From Antedon mediterranea (taxonomy: Eukaryota > Animalia > Echinodermata): 64,000 nt of DNA. Below the pieces are notes generated by a model. That model was not told the DNA's origin and ran no database searches. It worked only from the letters and a program-made list of their open reading frames with translations. Positions within the stretch are counted from its first letter, which is position 1; the number at the start of each line of letters is the position of its first letter. The position numbers and the translations under genes are program-made. This document shows, piece by piece, positions 24,347 to 39,100 of the stretch. The DNA lies in NCBI RefSeq assembly GCF_964355755.1, contig NW_027306095.1, forward strand, positions 434,001 to 498,000, written 5' to 3'.

Positions 24347-27300
24347 ACGATATTAAGCTATTGTATGCACTTTGATGTTTTTGAGTGAAAAGTTTTTTCG
24401 AAATGCACAAAATGGTCTAAAACGTCTCCCAATGCGATTTGGAGCTCTTTTGTGCACTTTGATGTTTTGTGTAAAAAGTTTGCTATTTTGTGCACTTTAA
24501 TGTTTTGTGTGAAAAATTTTATCGAAATGCTCAAAATTGTCTAAAACGGTTTCAAATGTGATTTTAAGCACTTTGATATTTTTGTGTAATCAAGTTTTTT
24601 CGAAATGCACAACATGGTCTATAACGTCTCCAAATGCGATTTGAAGCTATTTTGTGCACTTTGATGTTTTTGTGTGAAAAGTTTCATCGAAATACACAAA
24701 ATGGTCTAAAACGTCTCTAAATGCGATTTGAAGCTATTTCGTACACTTTGATGTTTTTGTGTGTAAAGTTTTATCGAAATTCTCAAAATGGTCTAAAACA
24801 GTTTCAAATGTGATTTTAAGCACTTTGATGTTTTTGTGTAATCAAGTTTCATCGAAATGCACAAAATGGTTTAAAACGTCTGCAAATGCGATTTGAAGCT
24901 ATTTTGTGCACTTTGATGTTTTTGTGTGAAAAGTTTCATCGAAATGCACAAAATTGTCTAAAACGTCTCCAAATACGATATTAAGCTATTGTATGCACTT
25001 TGATGTTTTTGAGTGAAAAGTTTTTTCGAAATGCACAAAATGGTCTAAAACGTCTCCCAATGCGATTTGGAGCTCTTTTGTGCACTTTGATGTTTTGGGT
25101 AAAAAGTTTGCTATTTTGTGCACTTTAATGTTTTGTGTGAAAAGTTTTATCGAAATGCTCAAAATTGTCTAAAACGGTTTCAAATGTGATTTTAAGTACT
25201 TTGATATTTTTGTGTAATCAAGTTTTTTCGAAATGCACAACATGGTCTAAAACGTCTCCAAATGCGATTTGAAGCTATTTTGTGCACTTTGATGTTTTTG
25301 TGTGAAAAGTTTCATCGAAATACACAAAATGGTCTAAAACGTCTCTAAATGCGATTTGAAGCTATTTTGTGCACTTTGATGTTTTTGTGTGAAAAGTTTC
25401 ATCGAAATGCACAAAATGGTCTAAAACGTCTCTAAATGCGATTTGAAGCTATTTTGTGCACTTTGATGTTTTTGTGTGAAAAGTTTCATCGAAATGCACA
25501 AAATTGTCTAAAACGTCTCCAAATACGATATTAAGCTATTGTATGCACTTTGTTGTTTTTGAGTGAAAAGTTTTTTCGAAATGCACAAAATTGTCTAAAA
25601 CGTCCCCAAATGCGATTTGGAGCTCTTTTGTGCACTTTGATGTTTTGTGTAAAAAGTTTGCTATTTTGTGCACTTTAATGTTTTGTGTGAAAAGTTTTAT
25701 CGAAATGCTCAAAATTATCTAAAACGGTTTCAAATGTGATTTTAAGCACTTTGATATTTTTGTGTAATCAAGTTTTTTCGAAATGCACAACATGGTCTAA
25801 AACGTCTCCAAATGCGATTTGAAGCTATTTTGTGCACTTTGATGTTTTTGTGTTAAAAGTTTCATCGAAATGCACAAAATGGTCTAAAACGTCTCTAAAT
25901 GCGATTTGAAGCTATTTTGTGCACTTTGTCGTTTTTGTGTGAAAAGTTTTTTCGAAATGCACAAAATGGTCTAAAACGTCTCCAATTGCGATTTGAAGTT
26001 ATTTTGTGCACTTTGATGTTTTGTGTGAAAAGTTTTATCGAAATGCTCAAAATGGTCTAAAACGGTTTCAAATGTGATTTTAAGCACTTTGATGTTTTTG
26101 TGTAATCAAGTTTCATCGAAATGCACAAAATGGTTTAAAACGTCTGCAAATGCGATTTGAAGCTATTTTGTGCACTTTGATGTTTTTGTGTGAAAAGTTT
26201 CATCGAAATGCACAAAATTGTCTAAAACGTCTCCAAATACGATATTAAGCTATTATATGCACTTTGATGTTTTTGAGTGAAAAGTTTTTTCGAAATGCAC
26301 AAAATGTTCTAAAACGTCTCCAAATGCCATTTGGAGCTCTTTTGTGCACTTTAATTTTTTTTGTGTAAAAAGTTTGCTATTTTGTGCACTTTTAATGTTT
26401 TGTGTGAAAAGTTTTATCGAAATGCTCAAAATTGTCTAAAACGGTTTCAAATGTGATTTTAAGCACTTTGATATTTTTGTGTAATCAAGTTTTTTCGAAA
26501 TGCACAACATGGTCTAAAACGTCTCCAAATGCGATTTGAAGCTATTTTGTGCACTTTGATGTTTTTGTGTGAAAAGTTTCATCGAAATGCACAAAATGGT
26601 CTAAAACGTCTCTAAATGCGATTTGAAGCTATTTTGTGCACTTTGATGTTTTTGTGTGAAAAGTTTCATCGAAATGCACAAAATGGTCTAAAACGTCTCT
26701 AAATGCGATTTGAAGCTATTTTGTGCACTTTGTCGTTTTTGTGTGAAAAGTTTCATCGAAATGCTCAAAATGGTCTAAAACGTCTCCAAATGCGATTTGA
26801 AGCTATTTTGTGCACTTTGATGTTTTTTTCTGAAAAGTTTCATCGAAATAAACAAAATGGTCTAAAACGTCTCTAAATGCGATTTGAAGCTATTTTGTGC
26901 ACTTTGATGTTTTTGTGTGAAAAGTTTCATCGAAATGCACAAAATGGTCTAAAACGTCTCTAAATGCGATTTGAAGCTATTTTGTGCACTTTGATGTTTT
27001 TTTGTGAAAAGTTTTATCGAAATTCTCAAAATGGTCTAAAACGGTTTCAAATGTGATTTTAAGCACTTTTATGTTTTTGTGTAATCAAGTTTCATCGAAA
27101 TGCACTAAATGGTTTAAAACGTCTGCAAATGCGATTTGAAGCTATTTTGTGCACTTTGATGTTTTTGTGTGAAAAGTTTCATCGAAATGCACAAAATTGT
27201 CTAAAACGTCTCCAAATACGATATTAAACTATTGTATGCACTTTGATGTTTTTGAGTGAAAAGTTTTTTCGAAATGCACAAAATGGTCTAAAACGTCTCC

Positions 27301-28619
27301 AAATGCGATTTGGAGCTCTTTTGTGCACTTTGATGTTTTGTGTAAAAAGTTTGCTATTTTGTGCACTTTAATGTTTTGTGTGAAAAGTTTTATCGAAATG
27401 CTCAAAATGGTCTAAAACGGTTTCAAATGTGATTTTAAGCACTTTGATATTTTTGTGTAATCAAGTTTCATCGAAATGCACAAAATGGTCTAAAACGTCT
27501 GCAAATGCGATTTAAAGCTATTTTGTGCACTTTGATGTTTTTGTGTGAAAAGTTTCATCGAAATGCACAAAATGGTCTAAAACGTCTCTAAATGCGATTT
27601 GAAGCTATTTTGTGCACTTTGATGTTTTTGTGTGAAAAGTTTCATCGAAATGCACAAAATGGTCTAAAACGTCTCTAAATGCGATTTGAAGCTATTTTGT
27701 GCACTTTGATGTTTTTGTGTGAAAACTTTCATCGAAATGCTCAAAATGGTCTAAAACGTCTCCAAATGCGATTTGAAGCTATTTTGTGCACTTTGATGTT
27801 TTTTTCTGAAAAGTTTCATCGAAATGCACAAAAATGGTCTAAAACGTCTCTAAATGCGATTTGAAGCTATTTTGTGCACTTTGATGTTTTTGTGTGAAAA
27901 GTTTCATCGAAATGCACAAAATGGTCTAAAACGTCTCTAAATGCGATTTGAAGCTATTTTGTGCACTTTGATGTTTTTTTGTGAAAAGTTTCATCGAAAT
28001 GCACAAAATGGTCTAAAACGTCTCTAAATGCGATTTGAAGCTATTTTGTGCACTTTGTCGTTTTTGTGTGAAAAGTTTCATTGAAATGCTCAAAATGGTC
28101 TAAAACGTCTCCAAATGCGATTTGAAGCAATTTTGTGCACTTTGATGTTTTTGTGTGAAAAGTTTCATCGAAATGCACAAAATGATCTAAAACGTCTGCA
28201 AATGCGATTTGAAGCTATTTTGTGCACTTTGATGTTTTTTTGTGAAAAGTTTCATCGAAAGGCACAAAATTGTCTAAAACGTCTCTAAATGCGATTTGAA
28301 GCTATTTTGTGCACTTTGTCGTTTTTGTGTGAAAAGTTTCATCGAAATGCTCAAAATGGTCTAAAACGGTTTCAAATGTGATTTTGTGCACTTTGATGTT
28401 TTTGTGTAATCAAGTTTCATCGAAATGCACAAAATGGTTTAAAACGTCTGCAAATGCGATTTGAAGCTATTTTGTGCACTTTGATGTTTTGTGTAATCCA
28501 GTTTCATCGAAATGTACAAAATTGTCTAAAACCTCTCAAAATGCGATTTGAAGCTATTTTGTGCACTTTGATGTTTTTGTGTGAAAAGTTTCATCGAAAT
28601 GCACAAAATTGTCTAAAAC

Positions 28620-30564
28620 GTCTCTAAATGCGATTTGAAGCTATTTTGTGCACTTTGTCGTTTTTGTGTGAAAAGTTTCATCGAAATGCTCAAAATGCTC
28701 TAAAACGTCTCCAAATGCGATTTGAAGCAATTTTGTGCAATTTGATGTTTTTGTGTGAAAAGTTTCATCGAAATGCACAAAATGGTCTAAAACGTCTGCA
28801 AATGCGATTTGAAGCTATTTTGTGCACTTTGATGTTTTTGTGTGAAAAGTTTCATCGAAATGCACAAAATTGTCTAAAACGTCTCCAAATACGATATTAA
28901 GCTATTGTATGCACTTTGATGTTTTTGAGTGAAAAGTTTTTTCGAAATGCACAAAATGGTCTAAAACGTCTCCAAATGCGATTTGGAGCTCTTTTGTGCA
29001 CTTTGATGTTTTGTGTAAAAAGTTTGCTATTTTGTGCACTTTAATGTTTTGTGTGAAAAGTTTTATCGAAATGCTCAAAATTGTCTAAAACGGTTTCAAA
29101 TGTGATTTTAAGCACTTTGATATTTTTGTGTAATCAAGTTTTTTCGAAACGCACAACATGGTCTAAAACGTCTCTAAATGCGATTTGAAGCTATTTTGTG
29201 CACTTTGATGTTTTTTTGTGAAAAGTTTCATCGAAATGCACAAAATGGTCTAAAACGTCTCTAAATGCGATTTGAAGCTATTTTGTGCACTTTGTCGTTT
29301 TTGTGTGAAAAGTTTCATCGAAATGCTCAAAATGGTCTAAAACGTCTCCAAATGCGATTTGAAGCAATTTTGTGCAATTTGATGTTTTTGTGTGAAAAGT
29401 TTCATCGAAATGCACAAAATGGTCTAAAACGTCTGCAAATGCGATTTGAAGCTATTTTGTGCACTTTGATGTTTTTTTGTGAAAAGTTTCATCGAAATGC
29501 ACAAAATTGTCTAAAACGTCTCTAAATGCGATTTGAAGCTATTTTGTGCACTTTGTCGTTTTTGTGTGAAAAGTTTCATCGAAATGCTCAAAATGGTCTA
29601 AAACGTCTCCAAATGCGATTTGAAGCAATTTTGTGCACTTTGATGTTTTTGTGTGAAAAGTTTCATCGAAATGCACAAAATGGTCTAAAACGTCTGCAAA
29701 TGCGATTTGAAGCTATTTTGTGCACTTTGTCGTTTTTGTGTGAAAAGTTTTTTCGAAATGCACAAAATGGTCTAAAACGTCTCCAATTGCGATTTGAAGT
29801 TATTTTGTGCACTTTGATGTTTTGTGTGAAAAGTTTTATCGAAATGCTCAAAATGGTCTAAAACGGTTTCAAATGTGATTTTAAGCACTTTGATATTTTT
29901 GTGTAATCAAGTTTCATCGAAATGCACAAAATGGTCTAAAACGTCTGCAAATGCGATTTAAAGCTATTTTGTGCACTTTAATGTTTTGTGTGAAAAGTTT
30001 TATCAAAATTCTCAAAATGGTCTAAAACGGTTTCAAATGTGATTTTAAGCACTTTGATGTTTTTGTGTAATCAAGTTTCATCGAAATGCACTAAATGGTT
30101 TAAAACGTCTGCAAATGCGATTTGAAGCTATTTTGTGCACTTTGATGTTTTTGTGTGAAAAGTTTCATCGAAATGCACAAAATTGTCTAAAACGTCTCCA
30201 AATACGATATTAAGCTATTGTATGCACTTTGATGTTTTTGAGTGAAAAGTTTTTTCGAAATGCACAAAAGGGTCTAAAACGTCTCCAAATGCGATTTGGA
30301 GCTCTTTTGTGCACTTTGATGTTTTGTGTAAAAAGTTTGCTATTTTGTGCACTTTAATGTTTTGTGTGAAAAGTTTTATCGAAATGCTCAAAATTGTCTA
30401 AAACGGTTTCAAATGTGATTTTAAGCACTTTGATATTTTTGTGTAATCAAGTTTTTTCGAAATGCACAACATGGTCTAAAACGTCTCCAAATGCGATTTG
30501 AAGCTATTTTGTGCACTTTGATGTTTTTGTGTGAAAAGTTTCATCGAAATGCACAAAATGGTCT
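28620..30564 (+). repeat. Third, partial copy of the 17-24 kb unit (offset 7606 from ~21014-22958)
   Basis: ORF offsets 21022/28628, 21659/29265 and 21920/29526 all equal 7606. Confidence 0.9.
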
Positions 30565-32250
30565 CAAACGTCTGGAAATGCGAGTTGAAGCTATTTTGTG
30601 CACTTTGTCGTTTTTGTGTGAAAAGTATATTCGAAATGCTCAAAATGGTCTAAAACGTCTCCAAATGCGATTTGAAGCTATTTTGTGATTTTAAGAACTT
30701 TGATGTTTTTGTGTGAAAAGTTTCATCGAAATGCACAAAATGGTCTAAATGCGATTTGAAGCTATTTTGTGCACTTTGATGTTTTTTTGTGAAAAGTTTC
30801 ATCGAAATGCACAAAATGGTCTAAAACGTCTCCAAATACGATATTAAGCTATTGTATGTATGTTGATGTTTTTGTGTGAAAAGTTTTATCGAAATGCTCA
30901 AAATGGTCTAAAACGGTTTCAAATGTGATTTTAAGCACTTTGATGTTTTTGTGTAATCAAGTTTCATCGAAATGCACAAAATGGTCTAAAACATCTGCAA
31001 ATGCGATTTTAAGCTATTTTGTGCACTTTCATGTTTTGTGTGAAAAGTTTTATCGAAATGCTCAAAATGGTCTAAAACGGTTTCAAATGTGATTTTAAGC
31101 ACTTTGATATTTTTGTGTAATCAAGTTTCATCGAAATGCACCAAATTGTCTAAAACGTCTGCAAATGCGATTTGAAGCTATTTTGTGCACTTTGATGTTT
31201 TTGTGTGAAAAGTTTCATCGAAATGCACAAAATGGTCTAAAACGTCTCCAAATATGATATTAAGCTATTGTATGCACTTTGTTGTTTTTATCTGAAAAGT
31301 TTTCACGAAATGCACAAAAGATCTAAAACGTCTCTAAATGCGATTTGAAGTTATTTTGTGCACTTTAATGTTTTGTGTGAAAAGTTTTATCGAAATGCAC
31401 AAAATGGTCTAAAACGTCTCCAAATGCGATTTGAAGCTATTTTGTGCACTTTGATGTTTTGTGTGAAAAGTTTCACCAAAATGCACAAAATGGTCTAAAA
31501 CGTCTCCAAATCCGTTTTGAAGCTAATCTAAGCACTTTGATGTTGTTATGTTAAACAAGTTTTTTCGAAATGCACAAAATGGTCTAAAACGTCTCCAAAT
31601 ACGATATAAGCTCTTTTGTGCACTTTGATGTTTTGTGTAATAAGTTTTATAGAAACGCACAAAATGGTCTAAAACGGTTTCAAATGTTATTTTAAGCACT
31701 TTGATATTTTTGTTTAACCAAGTTTCATCGAAATGCACATAATGGTCTAAAACGTCTCCAAATGCGATTTGAAGCTGTTTTTGTGTGAAAAGTTTTTTCG
31801 AAATACACAAAATGGTCTAAAACGTCTCCAAATACAATTTGGAACTCTTTTGTGCACTTTGATGTTTTTTGTCAAAAGTTTTATAGAAATGCTCGAAATG
31901 GTCTAAAACGGTTTCAAATGTGATTTTAAGCACTTTGATATTTTTGTGTAATCAAGTTTCATCGAAATGCACAAAATGGTCTAAAACGTGTTCAAATGCG
32001 ATTTGAAGCTATTTTGTGATTTTAAGAATTTTGATATTTTTGTGTAATCAAGTTTCATCGAATGCACAAACTGTTCTAAACCTCTCAAAATGCGATTTGA
32101 AGCTATTTTGTGCACTTTGATGTTTTTGTGTGAAAAGTTTCATCGAAATTCACAAAATTGTCTAAAACGTCTCCAATTACAATATTAAGAAATTCTATGC
32201 ACTTTGATGTTTTTGAGTGAAAAGTTTTTTTCGAAATTCACAAAATGGTC
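30565..32250 (+). repeat. Island of diverged monomers
   Basis: Many private substitutions and indels: TCTGGAAATGCGAGTTG, GTATGTATGTTG, TCCGTTTTGAAGCTAATCTAAGC, TGTTGTTATGTTAAAC, CTGTTCTAAACCTCTC. Confidence 0.9.
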
Positions 32251-35200
32251 TAAAACGTCTCCAAATGCGATTTGGAGCTCTTTTGTGCACTTTGATGTTT
32301 TGTGTAAAAAGTTTGCTATTTTGTGCACTTTAATGTTTTGTGTGAAAAGTTTTATCGAAATGCTCAAAATTGTCTAAAACGGTTTCAAATGTGATTTTAA
32401 GCACTTTGATATTTTTGTGTAATCAAGTTTTTTCGAAATGCACAACATGGTCTAAAACGTCTCCAAATGCGATTTGAAGCTATTTTGTGCACTTTGATGT
32501 TTTTTTGTGAAAAATTTCATCGAAATGCACAAAATGGTCTAAAACGTCTCTAAATGCGATTTGAAGTTATTTTGTGCACTTTGATGTTTTGTGTGAAAAG
32601 TTTTATCGAAATGCTCAAAATTGTCTAAAACGGTTTCAAATGTGATTTTAAGCACTTTGATATTTTTGTGTAATCAAGTTTCATCGAAATGCACAAAATG
32701 GTCTAAAACGTCTGCAAATGCGATTTAAAGCTATTTTGTGCACTTTGATGTTTTGTGTGAAAAGTTTTATCGAAATTCTCAAAATGGTCTAAAACGGTTT
32801 CAAATGTGATTTTAAGCACTTTGATGTTTTTGTGTAATCAAGTTTCATCGAAATGCACAAAATGGTTTAAAACGTCTGCAAATGCGATTTGAAGCTATTT
32901 TGTGCAATTTGATGTTTTTGTGTGAAAAGTTTCATCGAAATGCACAAAATTGTCTAAAACGTTTCCAAATACGATATTAAGCTATTGTATGCACTTTGAT
33001 GTTTTTGAGTGAAAAGTTTTTTCGAAATGCACAAAATGGTCTAAAATGCGATTTGGAGCTCTTTTGTGCACTTTGATGTTTTGTGTTAAAAGTTTGCTAT
33101 TTTGTGTGAAAACTTTTATCGAAATGCTCAAAATTGTCTAAAACGGTTTCAAATGTGATTTTAATCACTTTGATATTTTTGTGTAATCAAGTTTTTTCGA
33201 AATGCACAATATGGTCTAAAACGTCTCCAAATGCGATTTGAAGCTATTTTGTGCACTTTGATGTTTTTGTGTGAAAAGTTTCATCGAAATGCACAAAATG
33301 GTCTAAAACGTCTCTAAATGCGATTTAAAGCTATTTTGTGCACTTTGATGTTTTTGTGTGAAAAGTTTCATCGAAATGCACAAAATGGTCTAAAACGTCT
33401 CTAAATGCGATTTGAAGCTATTTTGTGCACTTTGATGTTTTTTTGTGAAAAGTTTCATCGAAATGCACAAAATGGTCTAAAACGTCTCTAAATGCGATTT
33501 GAAGCTATTTTGTGCACTTTGTCGTTTTTGTGTGAAAAGTTTCATCGAAATGCTCAAAATGGTCTAAAACGGTTTCAAATGTGATTTTGTGCACTTTGAT
33601 GTTTTTGTGTAATCAAGTTTCATCGAAATGCACAAAATGGTTTAAAACGTCTGCAAATGCGATTTGAAGCTATTTTGTGCACTTTGATGTTTTGTGTAAT
33701 CCAGTTTCATCGAAATGTACAAAATTGTCTAAAACCTCTCAAAATGCGATTTGAAGCTATTTTGTGCACTTTGATGTTTTTGTGTGAAAAGTTTCATCGA
33801 AATGCACAAAATTGTCTAAAACGTCTCCAAATACGATATTAAGCTATTGTATGCACTTTGATGTTTTTGAGTGAAAAGTTTTTTCGAAATGCACAAAATG
33901 GTCTAAAACGTCTCCAAATGCGATTTGGAGCTCTTTTGTGCACTTTGATGTTTTGTGTAAAAAGTTTGCTATTTTGTGCACTTTAATGTTTTGTGTGAAA
34001 AGTCGAAATGCTCAAAATTGTCTAAAACGGTTTCAAATGTGATTTTAAGCACTTTGATATTTTTGTGTAATCAAGTTTTTTCGAAATGCACAACATGGTC
34101 TAAAACGTCTCCAAATACGATTTGAAGCTCTTTTGTGCACTTTGATGTTTTGTGTAATAAGTTTTATAGAAACGCACAAAATGGTCTAAAACGGTTTCAA
34201 ATGTGATTTTAAGCACTTTGATATTTTTGTTTAACCAAGTTTCATCGAAATGCACATAATGGTCTAAAACGTCTCCAAATGCGATTTGAAGCTGTTTTTG
34301 TGTGAAAAGTTTTTTCGAAATACACAAAATGGTCTAAAACGTCTCCAAATACAATTTGGAACTCTTTTGTGCACTTTGATGTTTTGTGTCAAAAGTTTTA
34401 TAGAAATGCTCGAAATGGTCTAAAACGGTTTCAAATGTGATTTTAAGCACTTTGATATTTTTGTGTAATCAAGTTTCATCGAAATGCACAAAATGGTCTA
34501 AAACGTGTTCAAATGCGATTTGAAGCTATTTTGTGATTTTAAGAATTTTGATATTTTTGTGAAATCAAGTTTCATCGAATGCACAAACTGGTCTAAACCT
34601 CTCAAAATGCGATTTGAAGCTATTTTGTGCACTTTCATGTTTTTGTGTGAAAAGTTTCATCGAAATTCACAAAATTGTCTAAAACGTCTCCAAATACAAT
34701 ATTAAGCAATTGTATGCACTTTGATGTTTTTGAGTGAAAAGTTTTTTTCGAAATGCACAAAATGGTCTAAAACGTCTCCAAATGCGATTTGGAGCTCTTT
34801 TGTGCACTTTGATGTTTTGTGTAAAAAGTTTGCTATTTTGTGCACTTTAATGTTTTGTGTGAAAAGTTTTATCGAAATGCTCATAATTGTTTAAAACGGT
34901 TTCAAATGTGATTTTAAGCACTTTAATATTTTTGTGTAATCAAGTTTTTTCGAAATGCACAACATGGTCTAAAACGTCTCCAAATGCGATTTGAAGCTAT
35001 TTTGTGCACTTTGATGTTTTTTTGTGAAAAATTTCATCGAAATGCACAAAATGGTCTAAAACGTCTCTAAATGCGATTTGAAGTTATTTTGTGCACTTTG
35101 ATGTTTTGTGTGAAAAGTTTTATCGAAATTCTCAAAATTGTCTAAAACGGTTTCAAATGTGATTTTAAGCACTTTGATATTTTTGTGTAATCAAGTTTCA

Positions 35201-36110
35201 TCGAAATGCACAAAATGGTCTAAAACGTCTGCAAATGCGATTTAAAGCTATTTTGTGCACTTTATTGTTTTGTGTGAAAAGTTTTATCGAAATTCTCTAA
35301 ATGGTCTAAAACGGTTTCAAATGTGATTTTAAGCACTTTGATGTTTTTGTGTAATCAAGTTTCATCGAAATGCACAAAATGGTTTAAAACGTCTGCAAAT
35401 GCGATTTGAAGCTATTTTGTGCACTTTGATGTTTTTGTGTGAAAAGTTTCATCGAAATGCACAAAATTGTCTAAAACGTTTCCAAATACGATATTAAGCT
35501 ATTGTATGCACTTTGATGTTTTTGAGTGAAAAGTTTTTTCGAAATGCACAAAATGGTCTAAAACGTCTCCAAATGCGATTTGGAGCTCTTTTGTGCACTT
35601 TGATGTTTTGTGTAAAAAGTTTGCTATTTTGTGCACTTTAATGTTTTGTGTGAAAACTTTTATCGAAATGCTCAAAATTGTCTAAAACGGTTTCAAATGT
35701 GATTTTAATCACTTTGATATTTTTGTGTAATCAAGTTTTTTCGAAATGCACAATATGGTCTAAAACGTCTCCAAATGCGATTTGAAGCTATTTTGTGCAC
35801 TTTGATGTTTTTGTGTGAAAAGTTTCATCGAAATGCACAAAATGGTCTAAAACGTCTCTAAATGCGATTTGAAGCTATTTTGTGCACTTTGATGTTTTTG
35901 TGTGAAAAGTTTCATCGAAATGCACAAAATGGTCTAAAACGTCTCTAAATGCGATTTGAAGCTATTTTGTGCACTTTGATGTTTTTTTGTGAAAAGTTTC
36001 ATCGAAATGCACAAAATGGTCTAAAACGTCTCTAAATGCGATTTGAAGCTATTTTGTGCACTTTGTCGTTTTTGTGTGAAAAGTTTCATCGAAATGCTCA
36101 AAATGGTCTA
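31600..36110 (+). repeat. Duplication, period 2517 bp (2544 bp after two deletions in copy 1)
   Basis: ORF ends 31810/34327 and 32367/34884 are offset by 2517. The TTAATCACTT marker (33163/35707) is offset by 2544, explained by 10- and 17-bp deletions. Confidence 0.88.
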
Positions 36111-39100
36111 AAACGTCTCCAAATGCGATTTGAAGCAATTTTGTGCACTTTGATGTTTTGTGTAATCCAGTTTCATCGAAATGTACAAAATTGTCTAAAA
36201 CGTCTCTAAATGCGATTTGAAGCTATTTTGTGCACTTTGTCGTTTTTGTGTGAAAAGTTTCATCGAAATGCTCAAAATGGTCTAAAACGTCTCCAAATGC
36301 GATTTGAAGCAATTTTGTGCACTTTGATGTTTTTGTGTGAAAAGTTTCATCGAAATGCACAAAATGGTCTAAAACGTCTGCAAATGCGATTTGAAGCTAT
36401 TTTGTGCACTTTGTCGTTTTTGTGTGAAAAGTTATTTCGAAATGCACAAAATGGTCTAAAACGTCTCCAATTGCGATTTGAAGTTATTTTGTGCACTTTG
36501 ATGTTTTGTGTGAAAAGTTTTATCGAAATGCTCAAAATGGTCTAAAACGGTTTCAAATGTGATTTTAAGCACTTTGATATTTTTGTGTAATCAAGTTTCA
36601 TCGAAATGCACAAAATGGTCTAAAACGTCTGCAAATGCGATTTAAAGCTATTTTGTGCACTTTAATATTTTGTGTGAAAAGTTTTATCGAAATTCTCAAA
36701 ATGGTCTAAAACGGTTTCAAATGTGATTTTAAGCACTTTGATGTTTTTGTGTAATCAAGTTTCATCGAAATGCACAAAATGGTTTAAAACGTCTGCAAAT
36801 GCGATTTGAAGCTATTTTGTGCACTTTGATGTTTTTGTGTGAAAAGTTTCCTCGAAATGCACAAAATTGTCTAAAACGTCTCCAAATACGATATTAAGCT
36901 ATTTTGTGCACTTTGATGTTTTTGTGTGAAAAGTTTCATCGAAATGCACAAAATGGTCTAAAACGTCTGCAAATGCGATTTGAAGCTATTTTGTGCACTT
37001 TGTCGTTTTTGTGTGAAAAGTTTCATCGAAATGCTCAAAATGGTCTAAAACGTCTCCAAATGCGATTTGAAGCAATTTTGTGCACTTTGATGTTTTTGTG
37101 TGAAAAGTTTCATCGAAATGCACAAAATGGTCTCTAAAACGTCTGCAAATGCGATTTGAAGCTATTTTGTGCACTTTGTCGTTTTTGTGTGAAAAGTTTT
37201 TTCGAAATGCACAAAATGGTCTAAAACGTCTCCAAATGCGATTTGGAGCTCTTTTGTGCACTTTGATGTTTTGTGTAAAAAGTTTGCTATTTTGTGCACT
37301 TTAATGTTTTGTGTGAAAAGTTTTATCGAAATGCTCAAAATTGTCTCAAACGGTTTCAAATGTGATTTTAAGCACTTTGATATTTTTGTGTAATCAAGTT
37401 TTTTCGAAATGCACAACATGGTCTAAAACGTCTCCAAATGCGATTTGAAGCTATTTTGTGCACTTTGATGTTTTTGTGTGAAAAGTTTATTCGAAATGCA
37501 CAAAATGGTCTAAAACGTCTCTAAATGCGATTTGAAGTTATTTTGTGCACTTTGATGTTTTGTGTGAAAAGTTTTATCGAAATGCTCAAAATGGTCTAAA
37601 ACGGTTTCAAATGTGATTTTAAGCACTTTGATATTTTTGTGTAATCAAGTTTCATCGAAATGCTCAAAATGGTCTAAAACGTCTCCAAATGCGATTTGAA
37701 GCTATTTTGTGCACTTTGATGTTTTTTTGTGAAAAGTTTCATCGAAATGCACAAAATGGTCTAAAACGTCTCTAAATGCGATTTGAAGCTATTTTGTGCA
37801 CTTTGATGTTTTTGTGTGAAAAGTTTCATCGAAATGCACAAAATGGTCTAAAACGTCTCTAAATGCGATTTGAAGCTATTTTGTGCACTTTGATGTTTTT
37901 TTGTGAAAAGTTTCATCGAAATGCACAAAATGGTCTAAAACGTCTCTAAATGCGATTTGAAGCTATTTTGTGCACTTTGATGTTTTTTTGTGAAAAGTTT
38001 CATCGAAATGCACAAAATTGTCTAAAACGTCTCTAAATGCGATTTGAAGCTATTTTGTGCACTTTGTCGTTTTTGTGTGAAAAGTTTTTTCGAAATGCAC
38101 AAAATGGTCTAAAACGTCTCCAAATGCGATTTGAAGCAATTTTGTGCACTTTGATGTTTTGTGTAATCCAGTTTCATCGAAATGTACAAAATTGTCTAAA
38201 ACGTCTCTAAATGCGATTTGAAGCTATTTTGTGCACTTTGTCGTTTTTGTGTGAAAAGTTTTTTCGAAATGCACAAAATGGTCTAAAACGTCTCCAATTG
38301 CGATTTGAAGTTATTTTGTGCACTTTGATGTTTTGTGTGAAAAGTTTTATCGAAATGCTCAAAATGGTCTAAAACGGTTTCAAATGTGATTTTAAGCACT
38401 TTGATATTTTTGTATAATCAAGTTAAATCGAAATGCACAAAATGGTCTAAAACGTCTGCAAATGCGATTTAAAGCTATTTTGTGCACTTTAATGTTTTGT
38501 GTGAAAAGTTTTATCGAAATTCTCAAAATGGTCTAAAACGGTTTCAAATGTGATTTTAAGCACTTTGATGTTTTTGTGTAATCAAGTTTCATCGAAAAGC
38601 ACAAAATGGTTTAAAACATCTGCAAATGCGATTTGAAGCTATTTTGTGCACTTTGAAGTTTTTGTGTGAAAAGTTTCATCGAAATGCACAAAATTGTCTA
38701 AAACGTTTCCAAATACGATATTAAGCTATTGTATGCACTTTGATATTTTTGAGTGAAAAGTTTCATCGAAATGCACAAAATGGTCTAAAACGTCTCTAAA
38801 TGCGATTTGAAGCTATTTTGTGCACTTTGATGTTTTTGTGTGAAAAGTTTCATCGAAATGCACAAAATGGTCTAAAACGTCTCTAAATGCGATTTGAAGC
38901 TATTTTGTGCACTTTGATGTTTTTTTGTGAAAAGTTTCATCGAAATGCACAAAATGGTCTAAAACGTCTCTAAATGCGATTTGAAGCTATTTTGTGCACT
39001 TTGTCGTTTTTGTGTGAAAAGTTTCATCGAAATGCTCAAAATGGTCTAAAACGTCTCCAAATGCGATTTGAAGCAATTTTGTGCACTTTGATGTTTTTGT

